Part shown: piece after piece, positions 30,377-38,426 of the stretch
How positions within the stretch are numbered: the stretch's first letter is position 1
Layout of the letters: every line of letters begins with the position of its first letter
Assembly (NCBI GenBank): GCA_963734495.1
Contig: CAVTHK010000011.1
Location: forward strand, 128,001-192,000
Length of the DNA stretch: 64,000 nucleotides
Source: an uncultured Spirochaetota bacterium
Lineage (GTDB): Bacteria; Spirochaetota; Spirochaetia; SZUA-6; CAVTHK01
Direction: 5' to 3'
The notes under the pieces: model-generated
Seen by the model: the letters and a program-made list of their open reading frames with translations, nothing else
Database searches by the model: none
What the model was told of the DNA's origin: nothing
Position numbers and translations under genes: made by a program

Positions 30377-31353
30377 TTTTCGTCTCCAAAGAGGACAGCG
30401 GCCATCCGCTCGATCATGGGCAGTCCCGTGATGTCCGACTCGAACTCCGGCACGTGCGCCCGCACCTCGGAGCCGAACGTCTTTTCGATGGTTTCGAGGT
30501 GCCCCTTCTGCATCTGGAGCCTGTTGCGCAGGTAGTCGGGGATGTTCTGCTGCCCGAGCTCCTTGGGGATCACGCGGTTGACGACGTACCCCGACAGGGG
30601 GACGTTGTACTTCGCAAACAGGCCCGCCGCCTTCTGCGTATCGAGGATGATCATCTGTTCGGGGATCAGGACGAAGAAGAAGGCTGTCTTCTCGCGATTG
30701 GTCAGGATCCCGGAGGACGTGTTGATCCGACGCTTTATGTCCTGGAGCTCGCCGAGGATCTTGTCCTCCTCGCTCTCCTTTTCGTGCTTCATCACCGAGG
30801 CGACCTGGGCGTACTCCTGCATCTCCTCGCGGAGGCCCGTGATCTTGTCGATCCACTCGTCGTACACGGAGGCCATGCTGAGGTAGTAGAGGGCGTGGCC
30901 GAGCGGCACCAGGTCGTAGATGTAGTAGTCGTACTGTCCGCCGACGACGATGTCGACGACGGCGTCGAAGATCGCGCTCTCCTCCATGGCCGGCTCGGCG
31001 GCCGTGGCCTGGATGTAGTTCTCGATCTCCTCGGGGATCGTTTCCATTCCGTACATGGTGCGGATCTTGCCGCGGATCTCTTCCTGGTAGTCCTTGATCC
31101 GCCGGTCCGCGTCGATCTCCTGCGCGAACAGGTTAGGCATCACCTCCACGGGTCCCTTGCCGAAGATGTCGCGCTTGAAGATGTCCGACAGGCTCGCCTG
31201 GGGATCGACGGAGAAGACCAGCACCTTGAAGCCCTGCTTCGCGAGCCAGAAGGCGGTGGTCGCGGAAAAGGTCGTCTTGCCGAGGCCGCCCTTGCCGCCG
31301 AACATGATGTAGCGCCGGTCGGGATACTTCTCGAAAAAAGTTCTCAGGCTCAT
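30373..31353 (-). CDS. ArsA/Get3-family ATPase, single domain, paralogue A
   Basis: GGKGGLGKTT, SVDPQASL, EID, PAMEE, YDLVPLGH, YVVNRV; no cysteines. Confidence 0.9.
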   Translation of the reverse strand: MSLRTFFEKYPDRRYIMFGGKGGLGKTTFSATTAFWLAKQGFKVLVFSVDPQASLSDIFKRDIFGKGPVEVMPNLFAQEIDADRRIKDYQEEIRGKIRTMYGMETIPEEIENYIQATAAEPAMEESAIFDAVVDIVVGGQYDYYIYDLVPLGHALYYLSMASVYDEWIDKITGLREEMQEYAQVASVMKHEKESEEDKILGELQDIKRRINTSSGILTNREKTAFFFVLIPEQMIILDTQKAAGLFAKYNVPLSGYVVNRVIPKELGQQNIPDYLRNRLQMQKGHLETIEKTFGSEVRAHVPEFESDITGLPMIERMAAVLFGDEK

Positions 31354-31407
31354 GAATGCGGCTCCTTGCCCGCAGGGTTGTTCGGTAAACGGCGGCGCCG
31401 CCGCCCC

Positions 31408-31677
31408 CTACGCCAGCGCGTCGGTCAGATCCTTCTCGCGCAGCATGCGCCGCTTCCACGTGGCGATCTGCGGCACAACGTAGGGCAGCAGCCGCAGGCT
31501 GTAGTACGGCGGAAGGATGGGCACGCCCAGCAGGTCGCCCATCGTGATCAGGATGAACAGGTGCTCCATGCTCCCGCGCGTCTTGAGCGCGAAGCGGGCC
31601 ATGTCGTGTCCCGCCATGCCGTAGAGCACGCTCTTGAAGCTCTGGAACAGGCTGCGCTTTTCCTTGTCTTTGGCCAT
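31408..31677 (-). CDS. Small helical protein of the cstA-ArsA operon (resembles cory-CC-star family but lacks the terminal CC)
   Basis: RBS GAGGAG; LFILITMGDLLGVPILPPYYSLRLLPY; clear paralogue of the C-terminus of 31807..32463. Confidence 0.8.
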   Translation of the reverse strand: MAKDKEKRSLFQSFKSVLYGMAGHDMARFALKTRGSMEHLFILITMGDLLGVPILPPYYSLRLLPYVVPQIATWKRRMLREKDLTDALA

Positions 31678-31806
31678 AGATGCTCCTCAAGCTCGAGCGA
31701 CGCCGGGACCGACCCCAACGTCCCGTCTTTCTGCCTGTCCAACTGGCAACAGGCCGTTGTCTTCGCCGCCGCAAAGCGGTTGCGGGCGCCGCGGACGGCG
31801 CCCGGG

Positions 31807-32463
31807 CTAGTGAATCTCCTCCACGAACAGGTCGGTGAGGTCGCGCTCCCGCAGCATGCTGAGCTTCCAGCCCCGGATCGCGGGGATCACGTAGGGCAGG
31901 AGGCGCAGCGTGTAGTACGGAGGCAGGACAGGCACCCCGAGAAAATCGCCGAACACAACCAGCACGAACAGGCGCTCGATCTGGCCGCGCTCCCTCTGGA
32001 GGTCGCGGACCATTTCGTAGACCGTGGCGCCGTAGAGAAAGTCGCGCACGGCCTGCGCGAAACCGCGCCGCCGCTGCGCGACCGGCGCTGCGCCGGCCGC
32101 GGCGAGCGCGCTCTCGAGCGCAGTCTCGAGCGCGTCGCGGTCGGCGCCCGCGAGCGTGCCGACGCCAGGCACCACGAACGACGGGTAGCGGCGCACGCCG
32201 TGACGGAGCGAGAGCCAGAGGCCCGCGAGCGAGCGCGGATCGATCAGCCTGAAACGCACCCGCCCCGACCAGTCCCGCCCCAGCCCTTCGAGCAGGGCCA
32301 CGAGGTCGGCGAGCTCGCCCCTTGCCTGCGGTGGCAGGTCCTCGAGCGAGTCATCCGGCTCGTGGAGAGGCGCGAGCGCCGCCTCCCCCACGAGACAGCG
32401 GGGGCCGCAGAGGCCCCAGCGAGCCGGGATCGGTGTGATCACGTCGACCTGCATCGGCTGCAA
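31807..32463 (-). CDS. Thioredoxin-fold-like domain fused to a second copy of the small helical domain
   Basis: LCGPRC, VRFRLID and GVRRYPSFVV (cis-Pro-like strand), followed by LFVLVVFGDFLGVPVLPPYYTLRLLPY. Confidence 0.7.
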   Translation of the reverse strand: MQPMQVDVITPIPARWGLCGPRCLVGEAALAPLHEPDDSLEDLPPQARGELADLVALLEGLGRDWSGRVRFRLIDPRSLAGLWLSLRHGVRRYPSFVVPGVGTLAGADRDALETALESALAAAGAAPVAQRRRGFAQAVRDFLYGATVYEMVRDLQRERGQIERLFVLVVFGDFLGVPVLPPYYTLRLLPYVIPAIRGWKLSMLRERDLTDLFVEEIH

Positions 32464-32521
32464 GCAATCGCCCTCAAACGGCGGGCGCGCGCCCCTCGGC
32501 TCGCGCCCGACTCTTCTCCGC

Positions 32522-34285
32522 TCAGGCAGCCTTCGCCTGAGGCTCCTGGCCGTAGCGAATGAACGCCTTGCGCGCGTCCCACGCCAGGAACAGGGCGGCG
32601 ATCATGAGGACCAGGCAGATCGCGCCGATGATGACGTTCGCCGCGGTCACCTGGCCGATCGTGAGCTTCTGAGCCTTGGCCAGCGCTTCCGCCTTGGGCA
32701 GGTTCATGAAGAAGCTCTCGTACACCTTGTACAGCAGCGCCCCCATCGTGGTGACGAACATGAAGAGGAAGGGCACCAGCGTCCACCCGTACTTCTTGCC
32801 CTTCGACTTGAGCCACAGTGTCACCAGCAGCAGGGCGAGCGAAGCCATCAGCTGGTTGGCCGCGCCGAAGACGACCCAGATCTGCAGGAACGGAACGAGC
32901 CAGATCAGCACGAGCGTCAGAGCGAGAGCCACGATGGTCCCGACGTGGGTGTTCTTGAACGCGGGCATCTTGTCGCCCAGCGCTTCCGAGCTCGCGACCC
33001 TCATGAAGCGGATGACCAGGTACATGATCGTGAGGGCCATCAGCGTCAGGAACACCGAGCCGTAGGCCATGCCGAAGCCCTTGCCCAGCATGTTGTCGAG
33101 GCCCCACTGGTTCATGAACAACGACAGGCCCTTCGAGAAGACGGCCGCGGCAGCGCCGGCCTGCTTGTACCCCTGGAAGCTCCCGAACGCCGCGGTGGCC
33201 GTGAGGAACGCCACGACCGCGAAGAACATCTCGAAGAACATGGCGCCGCCGCCGACGAACAGCGCGTCGCCTTCCTTCTCGATCTGGCGCGCGGTGCCCG
33301 AAGACGAAACCAGGCTGTGCCAGCCGGAGATGGCGCCGCAGGCGATGGTCACGAAGAGGATGGGCCACAAAGGACCGAGGCCCGCGACCGTGAAGCCGGT
33401 ATACGCCGGGAAGTCGCCCATGCCCGGCCGCCAGATCGCGAGGCCCACCAGGCCGCCGAGGATCCCGAGCGACACGATCCAGAAGGAAACGTAGTTGATC
33501 GGCTGGGCCCAGCGCCAGATCGGCAGGATTGAGCCGATGTAGCAGACGACCACGACCAGCAGGCTGCCGATGAGGCGGGCCTGGTTGACGGCGAGGAACA
33601 TCGTCGGACCCTGCGGCTGCTCCTTGGTCGCGCCGAACACTTTGAGGAAGAAAGCCATCGCGGCCGGTTGCGTCCCGAGCCAGATCGCCACGAACGCCAG
33701 CACCACCGTGACGATCGACGTCAGGATGATGTCGGCCTTCCATTTATAGGTCATCTGTCCGGCGAGCATGCCGACCGCCATCACCAGGATCACGCCGAGG
33801 GGCACGGCCGGGTTGATGAGCAGCCCGAACCCCACCTGGGTCCCGAAGGCTCCCATGATCAGAAGGAGATAGAAGTAGATGAAGGTGACCAGCACGCTGC
33901 GGGAGCGCGGCGACACCAGCCGGTAGCTCAGCGCGCCGAAGCTCTGGCCCTCTTCGCGCACGCCGAGAACGATCGCCGAGTAGTCCTGCACCCATCCAAT
34001 GAAGAACGTGCCGAGAAGGATCCAGAGGAGCGCGGGCACCCAGCCCCACTGGACCGCCACGATGGGTCCGAGGATCGGTCCCAGCGCGGCTATCGACTTG
34101 AACTGGTAGCCGAAGAGCACGTTCCGGTTGGCCGGGGTGAAGTCCACGCCGTCCATGTACATCCTGGCAGGCGTGGCCTTGCGATCGTCCGGCTGGATGA
34201 TCTTGCGGTTGATCGCCCTGGCGTACCCGAAGTAGCCGATCACGATCACCGCAATTCCTATGACGAGAATGACGAGCGAGTTCAA
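32522..34285 (-). CDS. cstA: Carbon starvation protein A family transporter
   Basis: TTG start at 34285 after AGGAGG; TPA..YMDGVDF.P, LFGYQFKSIAALGPILGP, WGWVPALLW, LFVTIACGAISGWHSLVSSSGTARQI, VFGAANQL. Confidence 0.92.
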   Translation of the reverse strand: MNSLVILVIGIAVIVIGYFGYARAINRKIIQPDDRKATPARMYMDGVDFTPANRNVLFGYQFKSIAALGPILGPIVAVQWGWVPALLWILLGTFFIGWVQDYSAIVLGVREEGQSFGALSYRLVSPRSRSVLVTFIYFYLLLIMGAFGTQVGFGLLINPAVPLGVILVMAVGMLAGQMTYKWKADIILTSIVTVVLAFVAIWLGTQPAAMAFFLKVFGATKEQPQGPTMFLAVNQARLIGSLLVVVVCYIGSILPIWRWAQPINYVSFWIVSLGILGGLVGLAIWRPGMGDFPAYTGFTVAGLGPLWPILFVTIACGAISGWHSLVSSSGTARQIEKEGDALFVGGGAMFFEMFFAVVAFLTATAAFGSFQGYKQAGAAAAVFSKGLSLFMNQWGLDNMLGKGFGMAYGSVFLTLMALTIMYLVIRFMRVASSEALGDKMPAFKNTHVGTIVALALTLVLIWLVPFLQIWVVFGAANQLMASLALLLVTLWLKSKGKKYGWTLVPFLFMFVTTMGALLYKVYESFFMNLPKAEALAKAQKLTIGQVTAANVIIGAICLVLMIAALFLAWDARKAFIRYGQEPQAKAA

Positions 34286-34473
34286 CTCGTGCCTCCTGTT
34301 GTTTTGTCCCCCGACGGCGCGCACTCACCGGCGGGACTCGTGGATTGAATACCTCCTGCCGCGGGCTTTCACCCCGGGCCTATGCAATTGTACAGGAGAC
34401 GGCGGCAAAAGCAAGGCGAATCTCGAAGCGGCTGACGGGCCCCGACGCACCCGGCGGCACCCGACCCGAGCGT

Positions 34474-34503
34474 TTGACACCGCTCGAACGCGGGGGCGAT
34501 AAT
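34474..34503 (+). promoter_or_regulatory. Putative sigma70 promoter, possibly for a leaderless transcript
   Basis: TTGACA-N18-GATAAT, with GTG start 7 nt downstream and no Shine-Dalgarno. Confidence 0.55.
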
Positions 34504-34510
34504 CGCCCGC

Positions 34511-35101
34511 GTGAGCTCCTCGTACCTGATCCCTCTTGCGGGCCTGCTCTACACGGCGGTGTTCACGGCCATGGCCGCGCTCCGGCGCGAGGGGTTCTCG
34601 CCCGCCTTCGTGGTCCAGTCGCTGCTGATCACCGCGGTGCTGTCGGTCGTCAACCTGCTCGGGGGCGGCCGGCTCGCCCCGCTGCCGTTCCTGCTGGCGC
34701 TCTACCTCCTCACCATGCGCGTGCGGATCGTGCTGGACGTGGGAAGCATGGTCGCGAGCCGCGGCAAGCTCGCCGCTGCCGAGCGCATCTACGACGCGGC
34801 GATGCAGCTCCTGCCGAGCGCTCTGGAGCGCTGCCTCGTGGCGATCAACAAGGGAGTCTGCAGGCTGCAGGGAGGCGACCCGGCGGCCGCGGCGAGCCTG
34901 ATCTCGGACGTCATTGCCGGCGGCGACGCCCGGACGCTCGGGGTCAAGTACCAGTCGGCCGCGCGCTTCAACCTGGGCGTCGCCTACCGGAAGCAGGGCA
35001 GGGACGCCGACGCCAAGGCGGAGTTCCAGCGCGTCGTCGAGCTGTGGCCCGTGTCCGAGTACGCGCGCAGGGCTGGCGCCGCCCTCAAGCAGGTGCCATA
35101 G
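34511..35101 (+). CDS. Membrane-anchored TPR protein, divergent from cstA
   Basis: Three hydrophobic helices then TPR motifs (ARFNLGVAYRKQGRDADAKAEFQRVVELWP). Confidence 0.75.
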   Translation: MSSSYLIPLAGLLYTAVFTAMAALRREGFSPAFVVQSLLITAVLSVVNLLGGGRLAPLPFLLALYLLTMRVRIVLDVGSMVASRGKLAAAERIYDAAMQLLPSALERCLVAINKGVCRLQGGDPAAAASLISDVIAGGDARTLGVKYQSAARFNLGVAYRKQGRDADAKAEFQRVVELWPVSEYARRAGAALKQVP

Positions 35102-35178
35102 CTATCGGTCTCTGCCAAACCCAAACGTCGAGCCCGGTCTCCGCGGCATACCCGGGCGCCACCACGGCGCGGGGCCCT

Positions 35179-36366
35179 TCACCATTTCAAGCTGGCGATC
35201 GCCTGCTTGACGGCGTTCTGGACCGTCGTGCTGTAGGGCATGTACTTGGCGTACGAAAGGTTGGCGAATGCGATCGGGTCGCCCATCCTGCCGAGGGTGT
35301 CGACCACGGTTACGAGCACCTTCTCGTCGTATGGCTGGCGGCGCTCCGCGTAGGAGTTGATGAGCTCGAGGTACAGCGTGAGCCGCTCGGCTGCCTCGCG
35401 CCTGCCGCTCGCCCCGAGGGCGCGGATCGCCCTGATCAGGTAGGAGTTGTCGACGGCGCCGCGGCCGACCTCGGCGATCGCCCGCCCGAGGTGCTCCAGG
35501 CCGAGGTCCAGCGCCGTCGGCCACTTCGCCCCGGCGAGCGCGTCGGCGGCGATCGCGCGGATCTCGCGGGCGATCGTCTGAGTCTCGGCGTCCTGCGCGG
35601 CCAGGGCGAGGCCCGCCTTGAGACCGCCCGCCGCAACAGCGGCGCGGCCGGCGCCGTCGAGCGATTCGCTCTGCAAGCCGAGGATGAGCGCCGCCTCCTT
35701 TTCCGGCGGCGCCCCTACCTCGATGATGCGCAGGAGCGCGCCCTGCAGGTCACCTCGGATCGAAAGGAGCGCGCCGTTGGCGGCGTCGTTCACGAATGCG
35801 GGATAGGGGAGGCTGCGCGTGGTGAAGAGCGCGCGCAGAGCGACGGGGTCCCCGATCTCGCCCAGCGTGCGCACCAGCGCGTAGACCAGCTGAATCTCCG
35901 GCGGCTTGCCGGAGGCGGCGAGCCGGTTCTGCGCGTCGAGGAGCGCGGCCATTTCGCTCGCGGTCCTGGTGTCGCGCTGCCCGATCCGGCCAAGCGCCGC
36001 GAACGCGGCGATCCTGATCTCGGGCGAGGTCGTCCTTCTGCAGAGATCCCAGACGGCGGCGAGGGCGGGCTGATACCCGTCCTCCCCGATCGCGGCCACC
36101 GAGAGCAGCGTCATCTCCTGGAGCTGGCTTTCGGCCGCGAGCTCGTCGACCCTCTGCGCCGCGTAGCGGACCACCGTTTCGTGGAACGGTCCGAGCCCGC
36201 GGACGTGCAGCGAAACAGCGTCCCTGACGACGTTGAGCCTCGTATCGTCGTCCGGCGCCTGCCGGAAATTACGGGTGTAGGTCTCGATGAGGACCTGGGG
36301 GTCCTGCGCCCACGAAGCGACCGCGATCGCTGCAGCGCAGAGGCAGGCCGCCACGAAAGACCGCAT
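35179..36366 (-). CDS. Exported HEAT-repeat protein
   Basis: Signal peptide (ASWA-Q); repeated IRIAAFAALGRIG, VRTLGEIGDP, IRALGASG, VDTLGRMGDP. Confidence 0.8.
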   Translation of the reverse strand: MRSFVAACLCAAAIAVASWAQDPQVLIETYTRNFRQAPDDDTRLNVVRDAVSLHVRGLGPFHETVVRYAAQRVDELAAESQLQEMTLLSVAAIGEDGYQPALAAVWDLCRRTTSPEIRIAAFAALGRIGQRDTRTASEMAALLDAQNRLAASGKPPEIQLVYALVRTLGEIGDPVALRALFTTRSLPYPAFVNDAANGALLSIRGDLQGALLRIIEVGAPPEKEAALILGLQSESLDGAGRAAVAAGGLKAGLALAAQDAETQTIAREIRAIAADALAGAKWPTALDLGLEHLGRAIAEVGRGAVDNSYLIRAIRALGASGRREAAERLTLYLELINSYAERRQPYDEKVLVTVVDTLGRMGDPIAFANLSYAKYMPYSTTVQNAVKQAIASLKW

Positions 36367-36501
36367 GCGGCATAGTATACCTCGCGGTGAGACGCGGCAA
36401 ATCCCCGCGCCGCGGCCAGGCCCGGCGAAGCGGGCGGCAGGGCCGCGCCGTGGTAGGCTTATGGACAGATGCGCGCTGCAATCCGGAAAAAGGAAGGCCC
36501 C

Positions 36502-37242
36502 GTGCGACGAGCGCTCCTCGCCTGCGGCGCGCTGCTCTCGTGCCTGTCAGGCGCGGGGGCCGCGGCTGAGGAGGGCTCTTTTCGCGCCGCGTACGAATGC
36601 CTCCGCGACGCGGCCTACGATCAGAGCGAGCCGATCGCGCGGACCCGCGAGCGCTACCGCATCGCGGCCGATCTCGCGGCCGCCGACTCGCCCGGCGAGC
36701 TGCTGCGGCGCCGCCGGCTCGCCCGCGTGGAATACGCGGCCGGAAGGGCTGAGCAGGCCGCCGGGAATCTCGATGTCGCCACCCGGCACTACGAGTCGTC
36801 CCTCGGGTGGGCACGGGCCCTGCTCGAGCTCGGTCCGGACAGCGACGGGCACCGGATCAAGGCCGAAGCGGTCTCCCAGATGTGCCTGACGCGGGGCGCT
36901 GCCTACCTGCTCGCCCATGGGCGCAGCGTGCTGCGCTGCGCGGCCGAGGCGATCGCGCTCGACGAGCGCAACGGGGGCGCACGCATCATCATCGCGGCCT
37001 CGAAGATCTACCCGCCGCCCGTCTTCGGAGGCGATCCGAGGCGTGGGATGGACCTCCTGAAGCTCTGCCTCGCAATGCCCGATATTGAGAAGGACGACCT
37101 GTTCAACATATACTGCGGCATGGGCGTCGCCTGTGCGAAGCTCCGGCAGCCGGAGGAAGCCGCGCGTTGGTTCGAGCTGGCGCGCGGGCTCTACCCCGGA
37201 AACCGCTTCGTCGCGGGCGAATATGAGCGGTTGCGGCGGTGA
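36502..37242 (+). CDS. Exported TPR-like protein
   Basis: GTG after AGGAAGG; signal peptide; helical repeats, YPPPVFGGDP, LYPGNRF. Confidence 0.65.
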   Translation: MRRALLACGALLSCLSGAGAAAEEGSFRAAYECLRDAAYDQSEPIARTRERYRIAADLAAADSPGELLRRRRLARVEYAAGRAEQAAGNLDVATRHYESSLGWARALLELGPDSDGHRIKAEAVSQMCLTRGAAYLLAHGRSVLRCAAEAIALDERNGGARIIIAASKIYPPPVFGGDPRRGMDLLKLCLAMPDIEKDDLFNIYCGMGVACAKLRQPEEAARWFELARGLYPGNRFVAGEYERLRR

Positions 37243-37258
37243 GGCGGACGGAATCGCT

Positions 37259-37642
37259 GTGAAGAATCCAGGACGGCACCCGGCAGGCATCGCGACGGTC
37301 ATCTGCGTCGTCGTCTCGATCGTCGCCGCGCTCGCGCTGAGCGGCTGCGGCGTGACCGGCCGGGTGTACATCGCCTTCTTCTGGGCGGCCTCCGATTACC
37401 CCGACGCTGCGTTCGTCTGCTCGGCCCCCAACGTTCCGGTCCTCATGACGTCGGTGGTCAAGGGAAGGTACTACGAAACGGTGCCCGGAACGTACGCGCT
37501 GCAGTACAGCTACGCGACGGGGGAGTCTCACACCCTGTCCTTCGTCCTGACCGCGGACTCCACGCTGCTCGGCCAGGAGAACGCCTACTACCATGCCACT
37601 CTGCGCAAGCTCTCGGCTCCGACCGTCGAGCCGTATCCCTGA
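37259..37642 (+). CDS. Small lipoprotein of unknown function
   Basis: Hydrophobic signal with lipobox LALSGC; beta-rich mature part (PGTYALQYSY). Confidence 0.65.
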   Translation: MKNPGRHPAGIATVICVVVSIVAALALSGCGVTGRVYIAFFWAASDYPDAAFVCSAPNVPVLMTSVVKGRYYETVPGTYALQYSYATGESHTLSFVLTADSTLLGQENAYYHATLRKLSAPTVEPYP

Positions 37643-37692
37643 CCGCCGCCCCGTCGCACGCCCGTGGCAGATATCCTGGTGAGGACACAACG

Positions 37693-38409
37693 GTGAGAAC
37701 CCTCGGGACAATCGGTGCGCTCTGCGCCGTCCTTGCCGCCGCCGCCCTGCCGCAGCCGCTGCCGGCGCAGGACATGCCCGGCTCGATTCCCGGGGGGCGC
37801 GATCTCCTGGATCGGATGATCCGGATCGTCCTGGACAACAACCCGACCCTCCAGTCGCAGCAGACGCTGGTCCGCAGCGGCGAAGGCGTCGCCCTGCCGC
37901 GCTCGCGCTTTGCCTTTTCGTCGGCGTCCGTCAATGTCGGCTCGACGTTCTGGAACGCGAACACGAGCACGTTCGAGGTCACCCCCGGCGCGACCCTCGG
38001 GCTCAACTTTTCGTTCGCGGACCCTACCCGCGCGTTGAGCGGTTACGGCCTGGAAAAGGCGAAGGCTGACGCGAGGGCGCAGCTCGAGGCCACGCGCAAC
38101 GACCTGGTCAAGGCGCTCCTGGACGGAGTCGGCGGGATCATCAAGCTCGACAACAAGCAGAAGAGCCTGAAGGAGCTGCAGGCCTACCTCGAGGACCTCG
38201 CCGACGCCATCGAGAAGCAGGGCAAGGCCGGCATCGTCGCGCCCGACAAGCTCTGGGACCTGCGCGAGCGCATCATGGGCATCCGGTCCGACGTGCGGGA
38301 CGCGGAAAGCCAGCTCCAGATCCTGAGGCTGCAGACCGCCAGGACGCTCGGCGGCCCGGCGTGGCAGGACCTCTTCGCGCTGCTCGAACGGCTGACCGGC
38401 GGGGTTTGA
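37693..38409 (+). CDS. Half-length TolC/outer-membrane efflux-like protein (one OEP repeat)
   Basis: Signal peptide; MIRIVLDNNPTL, a beta-hairpin, long helices, GKAGIV...DL, LQTARTLGG; only 238 aa. Confidence 0.6.
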   Translation: MRTLGTIGALCAVLAAAALPQPLPAQDMPGSIPGGRDLLDRMIRIVLDNNPTLQSQQTLVRSGEGVALPRSRFAFSSASVNVGSTFWNANTSTFEVTPGATLGLNFSFADPTRALSGYGLEKAKADARAQLEATRNDLVKALLDGVGGIIKLDNKQKSLKELQAYLEDLADAIEKQGKAGIVAPDKLWDLRERIMGIRSDVRDAESQLQILRLQTARTLGGPAWQDLFALLERLTGGV

Positions 38410-38426
38410 GGGAAAGGAGAGGCGGT

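Noticed and set aside
29399-31353. Arsenic-resistance operon (arsA)
   Set aside because: No cysteines for metalloid binding, single-domain proteins, and no arsR/B/C/D or acr3 nearby.
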